Of a DNA stretch of 64,000 nt, positions 17,576 through 25,022 are shown in pieces. The notes beneath the pieces were generated by a model that ran no database searches, had not been told where the DNA came from, and saw nothing but the letters and a program-made list of their open reading frames with translations. The position numbers and the translations under genes were made by a program. Within the stretch, counting starts at the first letter, position 1. Each line of letters starts with the position of its first letter. The DNA lies in NCBI GenBank assembly GCA_036269215.1, contig DATASN010000033.1, positions 9,359-73,358 of the forward strand. Direction: 5' to 3'. The DNA is from Solirubrobacterales bacterium (GTDB lineage Bacteria > Actinomycetota > Thermoleophilia > Solirubrobacterales > 70-9).

Positions 17576-18169
17576 TCAGTCGCCCAGGGTCGCGTTGCGG
17601 AGGCTGGCTCCGTCGGAGACGGTGAGAGCCCCGCCCCCACCGCCCGGGTTCGGGATCGCGATCGTCACTCCGACGTAGGTCGGGGCGGTGGCGTTCGGGG
17701 TGTAGCTGAAGACGTTGGCGCTGTTGCTGAGGCCGGTGAAGATCGTCGTCAGGCTGCCTCCCGTGTATACGCCGGGTTCGGTCTCCCGCCGGGTGCAGCT
17801 TTCCGCCGCGCAGCTATAGGTCACCTCGCATTTGATCGCGGGCGAGCTGCTGGCCGAGAGGGTCGTGCCGCCGCAGGCCATGTGGCGCACGTAGGTCTGG
17901 AAGGAGACCGAGGAGGTCGAGGTCGCTTTGTCGACGACCACGCCCTCGCGCAGTTCGCGGGTCATCCGCTCCAGCACGAAGCGGGCCGTCTGGATGTTGG
18001 CCGACTTCTGGCTGATCTTGGGCTGTGCCCGCAGCGCCCCGATCAGCAGCGGCACCACAGCGGCCATCAGAACGACCCCCATCGCCGAGGCGATGAGAAG
18101 CTCGGTCAGGGTCATCCCCGCCTCGCCCCGGCCGCCCCCGAGAGAGAGCGCGTGCAGTACCCGCCTCAT
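17576..18169 (-). CDS. PilW-like minor pilin (prepilin-type N-terminal domain)
   Basis: The ATG at 18169 gives MRRVLHALSLGGGRGEAG/MTLTELLIASAMGVVLMAAVV. It has an ATGA overlap with the upstream gene's stop at 18166. Confidence 0.7.
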   Translation of the reverse strand: MRRVLHALSLGGGRGEAGMTLTELLIASAMGVVLMAAVVPLLIGALRAQPKISQKSANIQTARFVLERMTRELREGVVVDKATSTSSVSFQTYVRHMACGGTTLSASSSPAIKCEVTYSCAAESCTRRETEPGVYTGGSLTTIFTGLSNSANVFSYTPNATAPTYVGVTIAIPNPGGGGGALTVSDGASLRNATLGD

Positions 18170-20544
18170 CCCTTCACCAGCTTGAACTTGCGGACGACCG
18201 GCGCCTGCTCCGCCATCCCCGCGTTCGCCCCGATCACTTCGAAGACGTGCCGGCCGGGGTGCACAGGCTTCAGCCGCTGTGGAGAGCTGCATCCGTACCA
18301 GCGGTGGCGATCGACCCGGCAGAGGAAGGTCGTGCCGCCCTGGCCCGTCGTGTCGACGAACTGGAAGACGGGGCGGCGCGCCCGCGTCTTGAAGGCCGGT
18401 GCGAAGGTGATCCGGGTCTGAGGTGCGAAATGAAGGGCCCCTGGCTCCGTACCGCCCCCGCCTTTGCCCGCCCCGGGCCCGCCACCAGCGGAACCGCCGC
18501 CACCGGCACCTCCGCCTTCGTCGCCACCTCCTCCGCCCCCGGCCGATTCGGAGGCCTGCGTGTAGGAGATCGCGGGCGAGCAGGGCGAGGTATCGGCGTT
18601 GAGGTCGGTGGCGGTCGCGCGGAAGGACGTCGTCGAGCCCGCCGGCACGGTGACGACGATGCCGGCGCCGCCAAGCTCCGCCGAGCTGCCGGTGGCCACG
18701 GGAGCCCCCGAGCAGTCGGCCGTTTTGTAGAGCTTGATCGCGGAGTTCGAGTCCGCCTGGCCGCGGACCGCCGGGGTCGTCGAGGAGCCGGGGGATGGCG
18801 GGTTCGTCCCGGTGAGCACCGGCGTCGCCGGGCCGAGCTGAAGCGAGTTGCCCACCGATACGAGCCGCGTTTTGGTCCCGGCACGTTCGTAGACGTCGCT
18901 TTCGGAATCGACGTCTTCGGCCGTCAGGCGCTTGACCGTCGAGAAGATCACGACGGAGCCGTTTTCGGCGGCGCCGTCGAAGTTCGCGTTGCAGCCTTTT
19001 TCTTCGCTGAGCGGACAGATCCCGCCCGTGGACTCGGGCGCCGTGGCGGGCGAGCCGGTCAGCTGGCGCATGTAGATGTCGGTCGATTCGTCGCCGTCGG
19101 CCGAGCTCAGCGATTCGGTCGTAGAGAAGAAGGCCCGCGCCCCGTCCGGCGTCACGCCCGAGAGCCTCGATTCCGCCGACCCGTTGCCGCAACCCGGCGC
19201 GCAGGACGCTTCGCCCTGCGAGACCAGCGTCGTCGTGCCTTTGCCGAGGTCCCGCATGTAGGCATCGGTGGCGCTGTCTTCGTCCTCGGAGGCCAAGCGT
19301 TCGTTTGTCTGGAAGAAGACTTTGCTCCCGTCCGAGGAGGCGCCGCGATATTCGGCGTTGCATTCCGAGACCAGGGGGCAGGTTCCTTCGACCGAGACGA
19401 GCGTCGTCGTGCCGCTGACGAGGTCACGCGCGTAGACGTCGGTGGCTTCGTCTCCATCGCCGGCCACCAGCGGTTCGCTGGTCTGGAAGAAGACGGTGGC
19501 GCCGTCGGCGAATGCCCCCGCGTACGTCGCCGGCGAAGCGCCGCTTGCATCGGTCGGCCCGGTCGAGACCAGCACGGGCGCCCCGCCCGTCCAAGCGTAG
19601 ACATCCGACGACCCGTCTTCGTCGCTCGGCGACAGCTGCTGATCGGTCTGGAAGAACACGTGCGAGCCGTCTTCGGAGGCGCCGCGGAAGATCGCGTTGC
19701 AGTCGAGGCCGGCACCACAGGCGCCTGTGCCGGAGACGAGCGTCGTCGTGCCGCTGACGAGGTTGCGCACGTAGAGGTCCTGCAGGTTGTCTTCGTCTTC
19801 GCTGGCAAGCCGCTCACTGGTCTTGAAGACGACGACCGAGCCATTCATAGAAGCGTCGCTGAAGGAAGCCGCGAAGGGACCGTTGCCGCAACCGGACGCC
19901 AGGCAGGAGGCGGCGCCCCGAGATACGAGTTTCGTGGCTCCCGCGCCGATTTCGCGAACGTAGACGTCGAAGGAGCTGTCGCTGTCGCCGCCAGCGAGCT
20001 GTTCTTCGCTGACGAAGAAGACCTTGGAGCCATCCGGCGTAACGCCGACGAAGATCGAATCGGCGAAGCCGTTGCCGCAGAGCGATTCGGCGCACGAGGG
20101 GTTGCCCTGGGTGACCAGCGTCGTCGTGCCGTTCGAGAGGTCACGCATGTAGACGTCTTCGGCGCGATCCGTGTCTTCGGCGACCAGCGACTCGCTGGTC
20201 GAGAAGAAGACCTTCGAACCGTCCGAGCTGACGCCGTCGTAGGTGGCGTCGAAGGCGTCGTTGCCACCGGTCGGCCCGGTCGAGACCTCGCGCGTCACGT
20301 AGGCCCCGAGGCCGATGTCGAAGGAGCGCTCGTAGACGTCGAGCCGGTTGTCGGTGTCGCCAGGGACCAGCTTTTCCGTCGTCGTGAAGAAGATCGTGCC
20401 GCCGTCGACCGAAGCGCCGGCGTAGTTGGCGGGCGCGGCGTTTGCCGTCGAGGCGGAGAGAGCAATGCAGAAGAATGCCGCAGATGCAAGCACCGCGAAC
20501 CAGACAGTGCGCCACGACGGGCTATTCAGCAGCTTGAGCGACAT
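18166..20544 (-). CDS. Secreted PD40/TolB-like beta-propeller repeat protein with C-terminal Ig-like domains
   Basis: The ATG at 20544 is preceded by GAGGAA and opens a Sec signal, MSLKLLNSPSWRTVWFAVLASAAFFCIALSASTANA. About 9 repeats of 55-62 aa follow, with consensus sxDGSkVFFxTxExLvxxDxDxxxDVYxRdLxxGTTTLVS. Then come an Ig-like domain, a Gly-rich linker and a second beta domain. Confidence 0.7.
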   Translation of the reverse strand: MSLKLLNSPSWRTVWFAVLASAAFFCIALSASTANAAPANYAGASVDGGTIFFTTTEKLVPGDTDNRLDVYERSFDIGLGAYVTREVSTGPTGGNDAFDATYDGVSSDGSKVFFSTSESLVAEDTDRAEDVYMRDLSNGTTTLVTQGNPSCAESLCGNGFADSIFVGVTPDGSKVFFVSEEQLAGGDSDSSFDVYVREIGAGATKLVSRGAASCLASGCGNGPFAASFSDASMNGSVVVFKTSERLASEDEDNLQDLYVRNLVSGTTTLVSGTGACGAGLDCNAIFRGASEDGSHVFFQTDQQLSPSDEDGSSDVYAWTGGAPVLVSTGPTDASGASPATYAGAFADGATVFFQTSEPLVAGDGDEATDVYARDLVSGTTTLVSVEGTCPLVSECNAEYRGASSDGSKVFFQTNERLASEDEDSATDAYMRDLGKGTTTLVSQGEASCAPGCGNGSAESRLSGVTPDGARAFFSTTESLSSADGDESTDIYMRQLTGSPATAPESTGGICPLSEEKGCNANFDGAAENGSVVIFSTVKRLTAEDVDSESDVYERAGTKTRLVSVGNSLQLGPATPVLTGTNPPSPGSSTTPAVRGQADSNSAIKLYKTADCSGAPVATGSSAELGGAGIVVTVPAGSTTSFRATATDLNADTSPCSPAISYTQASESAGGGGGGDEGGGAGGGGSAGGGPGAGKGGGGTEPGALHFAPQTRITFAPAFKTRARRPVFQFVDTTGQGGTTFLCRVDRHRWYGCSSPQRLKPVHPGRHVFEVIGANAGMAEQAPVVRKFKLVKG

Positions 20545-20600
20545 CGTTCCTCTATCGGTCGAATTCGAAGATTCGCTTAGTCCGTGCCTTGGTCCTGGCC

Positions 20601-20638
20601 AAAAAGAGCGAGGGGCGGGCCAACCAGCCCGCCCCTCG
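20601..20638 (-). terminator. Intrinsic terminator/attenuator downstream of pilA
   Basis: On the minus strand a 12-bp GC stem (CGAGGGGCGGGC, loop UGGUUG, GCCCGCCCCUCG) is followed by CUCUUUUUGG. Confidence 0.65.
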
Positions 20639-20683
20639 GCACTTTCACGCTTGACTAGGCCAAGGCAATCTGGCTTATAAAGA

Positions 20684-21148
20684 TCAGCCGTTAGCCCAGT
20701 TGCCTCCAGAAGGACAACCGCCGCCGCCAGTCGAAGGCGTACATGTGTAGGACAAACCACCGCCTGCCGCGCGCGCGACACTGAACGTATGCGCAGTTAC
20801 TGCGGCAGTCACTGTGACCTTGTACGTTTCGGTGCCCTGTTCGGTAGTTGTAAAGCTCACGCCGCTCAGAGTTGGCTCAATAGTTTCGAGTTGCGGCTTT
20901 CCGCAAGGGGTGTACCCGCCGCTGTTTTCGGTTGCGCACGTCTCCATCGCAACCTGAGCGGTATGCACGTACTCCTTGGCCTTGGCGTCGTCGGCCTTCT
21001 GCTTCTGGTTGAAGAACGCCGGCAGCGCGATCGCGGCCAGGATTCCGAGGATGAGCATGACGACGAGAAGCTCGATCAGCGTGAAGCCGGCCTCGCTGTC
21101 GCCGTTGAGCCGGGCGCCAACCTTGGCCCGGAGATTCTGGAGAAACAT
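20684..21148 (-). CDS. pilA: Major type IV pilin
   Basis: The leader MFLQNLRAKVGARLNGDSEAG is followed by FTLIELLVVMLILGILAAIALPAF. There are C-terminal Cys pairs. An AGGAGG SD lies 7 nt upstream. GC is ~53% against ~70% for the window. Confidence 0.85.
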   Translation of the reverse strand: MFLQNLRAKVGARLNGDSEAGFTLIELLVVMLILGILAAIALPAFFNQKQKADDAKAKEYVHTAQVAMETCATENSGGYTPCGKPQLETIEPTLSGVSFTTTEQGTETYKVTVTAAVTAHTFSVARAAGGGLSYTCTPSTGGGGCPSGGNWANG

Positions 21149-21219
21149 TTAGGGACCTCCTAGGTTCCTATCGATTTCGCCAGAGCCCCGTCGCATCTCA
21201 GCCACGTGGTGTCTGTCGA

Positions 21220-21307
21220 CCCCGGTGGTAGCCCGGCCAACTCCCAGAAGGGAGTCCCGACAGCTTTGCGCCCCCGCCTCACAGCGAGTTTGCCTTTGGC
21301 ACCGAGG
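21220..21307 (-). promoter_or_regulatory. Candidate c-di-GMP-I (GEMM-I) riboswitch aptamer in the pilA leader
   Basis: The minus-strand RNA is CCUCGGUGCCAAAGGCAAACUCGCUGUGAGGCGGGGGCGCAAAGCUGUCGGGACUCCCUUCUGGGAGUUGGCCGGGCUACCACCGGGG. It contains, in canonical order, the blocks AAAGGCAAAC, a 6-bp hairpin with GNRA loop GUGA, GCGCAAAGC, a second hairpin, and GCCGGGCUACC. A closing helix CCUCGGUG/CACCGGGG is available. Confidence 0.55.
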
Positions 21308-21339
21308 CACTGGCAGATTCATCACAGCCACTTAATCGA

Positions 21340-21348
21340 CCCCCCCCC
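21340..21348. repeat. C9/G9 homopolymer tract upstream of the pilA leader
   Basis: The plus strand has nine consecutive C between cttaatcga and agatctc. Confidence 0.9.
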
Positions 21349-21424
21349 AGATCTCTAAATCCTCGAAACTAGGGCTTCATCTCCCCAAAACTCAGGTTTC
21401 TCGCCCGCCCATTCCCCAAGGTCC

Positions 21425-21748
21425 GTGGCTAACATGGCTTCGATGACCGCCCCGCAAGCCAACAACGCCGTGCTCGCCCGCTCTCGAGCCCGCGGCGACA
21501 TCTCACGCATCGCTTCCGAGCATGGAGCCCGCAACATCCGAGTGTTCGGGTCGGCAAGCCGCGGCGAGGCAGGCGCTCGCGACCTGGACCTTCTGGTCGA
21601 GATGGCTGCAGGCCGCAGCCTCCTCGACCTGATCGCTCTTTCCCAGAGCCTCGAGGACGCTCTGAGGGTCCACGTGGACGTCCTTACCGAGGCCGGTCTG
21701 TCACCTTATCTCCGTGATCGAATCCTCGCCGAGGCGGTCCCTCTTTGA
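21425..21748 (+). CDS. MNT-type nucleotidyltransferase (antitoxin of a HEPN/MNT pair)
   Basis: IRVFGSASRGEAGARDLDLLVEM matches the GSxxRGExxxxSDxDLLV NTase motif. It overlaps the downstream DUF86 ORF (TTGA). Confidence 0.75.
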   Translation: MANMASMTAPQANNAVLARSRARGDISRIASEHGARNIRVFGSASRGEAGARDLDLLVEMAAGRSLLDLIALSQSLEDALRVHVDVLTEAGLSPYLRDRILAEAVPL

Positions 21749-21972
21749 AGGACGAGCAGGCCTACCTGCTCCATATCCGCGATGCGATCGATCGCGTGCT
21801 GAGCTACACCGAAGAGGGCCGCGACGTATTCCTTGGCGACCCGATGATCCAGGACGCGGTACTTCGGAACATGGAGATCCTCGGCGAGGCATCGAAGCGA
21901 GTCTCACAACCGCTGCGAGACCGTGCGCCGGATATGCGAGGGAGCAGCTGGACGATCAGTCATCTTGTCTGA
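21745..21972 (+). pseudogene. Truncated HepT/DUF86 HEPN-domain toxin remnant
   Basis: The N-terminal two thirds are DUF86-like (YLLHIRDAIDRVLSY...DAVLRNMEILGEASKRV). The ORF stops at 75 aa, where the Rx4-6H catalytic motif and last helices should be, and the tail RGSSWTISHLV does not fit the motif. Confidence 0.5.
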
Positions 21973-22044
21973 GTCAGTAGTTCAGAACCTGAATACCAAC
22001 TGGTTCAGAAAGCTTGAACTTTTCGGTATGCTGACTTTGAACCG

Positions 22045-23166
22045 ATGGCGGAGCTCAATCCATTCATCTACGACCACCCTGTCCCGTCGGGGGAGTTGAT
22101 CGATCGCGAAGACGAGACCCGGAAGCTGCTCGAGTTGGCGGAGGGCGGGCACAACACGCGCCTCCAGGGGCCCCGGCGCTACGGCAAGACGAGCATTCTG
22201 AAACGACTCTTGGAGGACGCCGACAAGGTGGGCTGCCGCACCGTCTACGTCGATTTTCTCGCCGTGACCACCACTGCCGAGGTGGCCCGGCGCATACACG
22301 AGGCATATGAGGCGAGCCTCAAGGGGACGCTCGCGCAGATGTACAGCCGAATCCGGCGCGGCTGGCGGACTCGGATCAAGGCAGCCCCCGGCGGCGTTGG
22401 GCTGGAGGCGGAGCAGGGAGCGGGCATCGGCGCGATGCAGCAGCTCGCCGACCTGCTCGACCTCCCGACGAAGATCCTGGCCGACACCGGGCAGCGCACT
22501 ATCGTCGTCTTCGACGAGTTCCAGGACTTCCTCCGGACATCGGGAGAACTCGACGGCCTGCTCAGGAGCAAGATGCAGACTCACCACGATGCCGCGAGCT
22601 ACATCTTCTGCGCTTCCGAGTCAGCCCTTCTCGAGTCTCATTTCGCGGACCGGCAGAAGCCATTGTTCGACCAGGCAAGGCCGCTGTATCTCTCGGCGCT
22701 CTCGGATCTCGACCTTGGTGACTACATCGCCGAGGCGTTTCGCAAGACCGGCCGGGACTCGGGGAGCGCTCTGGACCTTCTCCTGGATCTGGTGCGCGGT
22801 CACCCGCAGCGGGCGATGCTGGTTGCCCACCACCTCTGGGAGCAGACTCCAGCGAATCGGGTCGCCGACGCCGACACTTTCGATACGGCGCTGAAGGCGA
22901 TGGATGGTGAGCTGAGGGAGCGCTTCGAGTACACCTGGAATCAGCTCTCGAGGCAACCCAATTCAAGCCGCACGCTGAAGGCCATTGCCATAAGCCCAGA
23001 GACGCTCTACAACCAGCGAACCCTCTCGAGGTTTGAGTTGAGCAAGAGCCAAGCGGCCTCCGGCGCCAAGACATTGGAGAGAGACGGCGAGCTGTGGACG
23101 GTAGATGGCCGCCCACAGATAATCGACCCCCTGCTCGAACGCTGGGTACGGATGAGGGAGGGCTAA
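22045..23166 (+). CDS. AAA+ ATPase of the Arch_ATPase/ATPase_2 (ORC/Cdc6-like) type with a C-terminal wHTH
   Basis: NPFIYDHPVPSGELIDREDE is followed by Walker A GPRRYGKTS and Walker B IVVFDEFQDFL. The C-terminal ~90 aa is winged-helix-like. Confidence 0.7.
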   Translation: MAELNPFIYDHPVPSGELIDREDETRKLLELAEGGHNTRLQGPRRYGKTSILKRLLEDADKVGCRTVYVDFLAVTTTAEVARRIHEAYEASLKGTLAQMYSRIRRGWRTRIKAAPGGVGLEAEQGAGIGAMQQLADLLDLPTKILADTGQRTIVVFDEFQDFLRTSGELDGLLRSKMQTHHDAASYIFCASESALLESHFADRQKPLFDQARPLYLSALSDLDLGDYIAEAFRKTGRDSGSALDLLLDLVRGHPQRAMLVAHHLWEQTPANRVADADTFDTALKAMDGELRERFEYTWNQLSRQPNSSRTLKAIAISPETLYNQRTLSRFELSKSQAASGAKTLERDGELWTVDGRPQIIDPLLERWVRMREG

Positions 23167-23198
23167 GAGCGGGGGAAGACCAGACCGATCCGCCCTTT

Positions 23199-24491
23199 TC
23201 AGGGCCCCAGCAGGGCGGCGGGAATGACTCCTATCCCGTCGCGACGGCGGTACGCCTCGGGGCCGGTGGTGATAACCGCGGCGTCGAGAAGGTCCTCGCC
23301 AAGCCGTTCGGCAAGCCAGCTTAGCTGCCTCGTGTCCCGATCCTCGACGGCTCGCGTCAGCTTGACCTCGAGAGCGACCACTCGCCCGTCGCCTCGATCG
23401 ACGATCAGATCCACCTCGTGCTCGCCGGCACGAGTGCGCAGATGGCCCACGTTCCCCGCCTCCGCCGCCTGCGCGTACGTTCTGACCGAGAGCGCCACCA
23501 AGGACTCGAAGAGCGCACCCAGAAGCGTGCCGTCCCGGGACATCGGCGGTCCCCCCGCCTCACCGCTCAGCAGCGCATCGGCGTTGACACCGAGCAGGCG
23601 GGCCGCAAGCGCCGGATCCGCGAGCTGGTGCTTTGGGGGCATCGCGAGCCGCCGTATGTGGCTGCGAGTTGGAGCCCAGGCCGGCAGCGGATCGAGGATC
23701 CAGAGTCGTTCCAGCGCGGTCCTATAGGGCCCAACCGTCGTTTTGGCGGGCTTCTCGCCCTGCCCCGCGGTCGCGGCATCGCGAATCTTCTCGAATGAGG
23801 CGGCTGTCGAGGTCGCGGCGGCGTAGGCGGTCAGCCAGTGGCGCAGGCCGTCGGGATTTCGCACTTCACGATCCAGCTCGTCGGCGAAGTCGCGGTCGAC
23901 GATCCTACGCAGGTAGCCGTCGAGCTGGCTGCGCAACGCTCGGCCGTCGAGCTGGCGGAGGCCCGGAAATCCGGACCGGATGATCTCGGCAACGTAATCC
24001 TGGAGCACCCAATCGGTGCGACCGTGGAGCTCGGGCCGCGCGCCGCTCAACAGGCTTCCCAGGCTGACGCTTGGGGGCTCGCTGCCGCGCTCGGCCAGCG
24101 AGAGAGGACGCATCCGCACGGTGACGATCCGGCCCGCTCCCGAGTGCGTTGGCGGGGCCGCCGGGGAGGCCGAGCCCGTGAGCAGGAACTGGCCTGGAGA
24201 TGCACCACGATCGACACTGCGACGGACGAGATCCCAGATCTCCGGCGTGCGCTGCCACTCGTCGAGCAGCACCGGTGGAGGATCGGCGAGCAGCCTCCTC
24301 GGGTCGCCCAAGGCAACCTCTCGCTGCCCGGGATCGTCGAGTGCATGAACGGTCGTTGAGCGACGCGAAGCGGTCACCGTCTTACCGACGCCCTTCGGCC
24401 CCTCGATCGCAATCGCGGGAAGCGAGGCCATGAGCTCGTCCAACTCGCCGTCGACAATGCGAGGCAGGTACGCGTCAACGGAGCGATCCAT
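23199..24491 (-). CDS. AAA_14 ATPase with DUF4143 domain
   Basis: Walker A is IEGPKGVGKT and Walker B-like is VLLDEWQRTPEIWDLV. FLLTGSASP is present, and the C-terminus has a PD-(D/E)xK-like motif EVDLIVDRGDGRVVALEVK. Confidence 0.8.
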   Translation of the reverse strand: MDRSVDAYLPRIVDGELDELMASLPAIAIEGPKGVGKTVTASRRSTTVHALDDPGQREVALGDPRRLLADPPPVLLDEWQRTPEIWDLVRRSVDRGASPGQFLLTGSASPAAPPTHSGAGRIVTVRMRPLSLAERGSEPPSVSLGSLLSGARPELHGRTDWVLQDYVAEIIRSGFPGLRQLDGRALRSQLDGYLRRIVDRDFADELDREVRNPDGLRHWLTAYAAATSTAASFEKIRDAATAGQGEKPAKTTVGPYRTALERLWILDPLPAWAPTRSHIRRLAMPPKHQLADPALAARLLGVNADALLSGEAGGPPMSRDGTLLGALFESLVALSVRTYAQAAEAGNVGHLRTRAGEHEVDLIVDRGDGRVVALEVKLTRAVEDRDTRQLSWLAERLGEDLLDAAVITTGPEAYRRRDGIGVIPAALLGP

Positions 24492-24630
24492 CCATCTAGA
24501 CTATCAAATGGACGGCTACTACGCTATCAAAGGACGAACTAAAGACCTACCTTTTGGACGCTCAACGGATGTCTTTTGCCTGGCTCGCGGCGACTTCGAC
24601 CATGTAGATTAAAGCTTATGCCACTAAGCT

Positions 24631-25014
24631 TTAAGGCCGTGCCACAGGCAGGCCGTTCTTGGTCCCCGCCTCGGCCAAACGCTCGTCGTAGGTGAAGAAA
24701 GCGCCAAGCTCGTCTCTGATGCTGAGGGCTGTGGCCAGGTGCAAGGCATCGAGACTTCGCAGCCCCGTCGGGCCTATCGATGCGGCCCCCTCAAGCACGG
24801 CGTCGTCGAGGGGCAGCAACGCCACGTCGACGATGAAGGACCGGGCGTCCTCCGCGTACTCCTCGCCGTAGCGCTCGCATGCCCTGATCGCCTCCACGCC
24901 GAGCAGGGCGCTGGACACATAGCCATCCCACTCAGCCAGCTCCGCAAGCAGCGCCTCCTGCTCGTCCTCCTGAAGCGGCAGCTTCACGTAGGCCGAGCTG
25001 TCCAGATAGGCCAG
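24631..25014 (-). CDS. vapC: VapC-type PIN-domain toxin (no canonical start codon; CTG at 25014 assumed)
   Basis: (L)AYLDSSAYVKL..., DALHLATAL and TYDERL give the PIN acidic residues. No in-frame ATG, GTG or TTG lies between the antitoxin region and the first PIN motif. Confidence 0.65.
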   Translation of the reverse strand: MAYLDSSAYVKLPLQEDEQEALLAELAEWDGYVSSALLGVEAIRACERYGEEYAEDARSFIVDVALLPLDDAVLEGAASIGPTGLRSLDALHLATALSIRDELGAFFTYDERLAEAGTKNGLPVARP

Positions 25015-25022
25015 CCGGCCGG

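Noticed and set aside
13291-17625. Very long ORFs on the strand opposite to recognised genes: 13291..17625 (+, 1444 aa), 48514..53073 (+, 1519 aa), 18247..20580 (+, 777 aa) and 50519..52471 (-, 650 aa).
   Set aside because: Their translations are Arg/Gly/Ala/Pro-rich low-complexity strings with no motifs. They lie antisense or out of frame to genes with clear family signatures (pilD/M/N and minor pilins, pntA, the LLM oxidoreductase, the P-type ATPase). They are typical shadow ORFs of ~70% GC DNA.
18860-20430. Periodic repeats considered as a possible CRISPR or VNTR-type array.
   Set aside because: The periodicity is at protein level (55-62-aa PD40-like blades) inside one continuous ORF. The repeat units diverge at DNA level and there is no repeat-spacer structure. 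I found no CRISPR array anywhere in the window.
21290-21320. A sigma-54 (-24/-12) promoter upstream of pilA, suggested by the GGCAC and TGGCA strings.
   Set aside because: On the pilA strand the GG and GC elements are 10 nt apart instead of the required 12, and the TTGC(A/T) element is missing. The same nucleotides are better explained as the 5' part of the riboswitch-like element.
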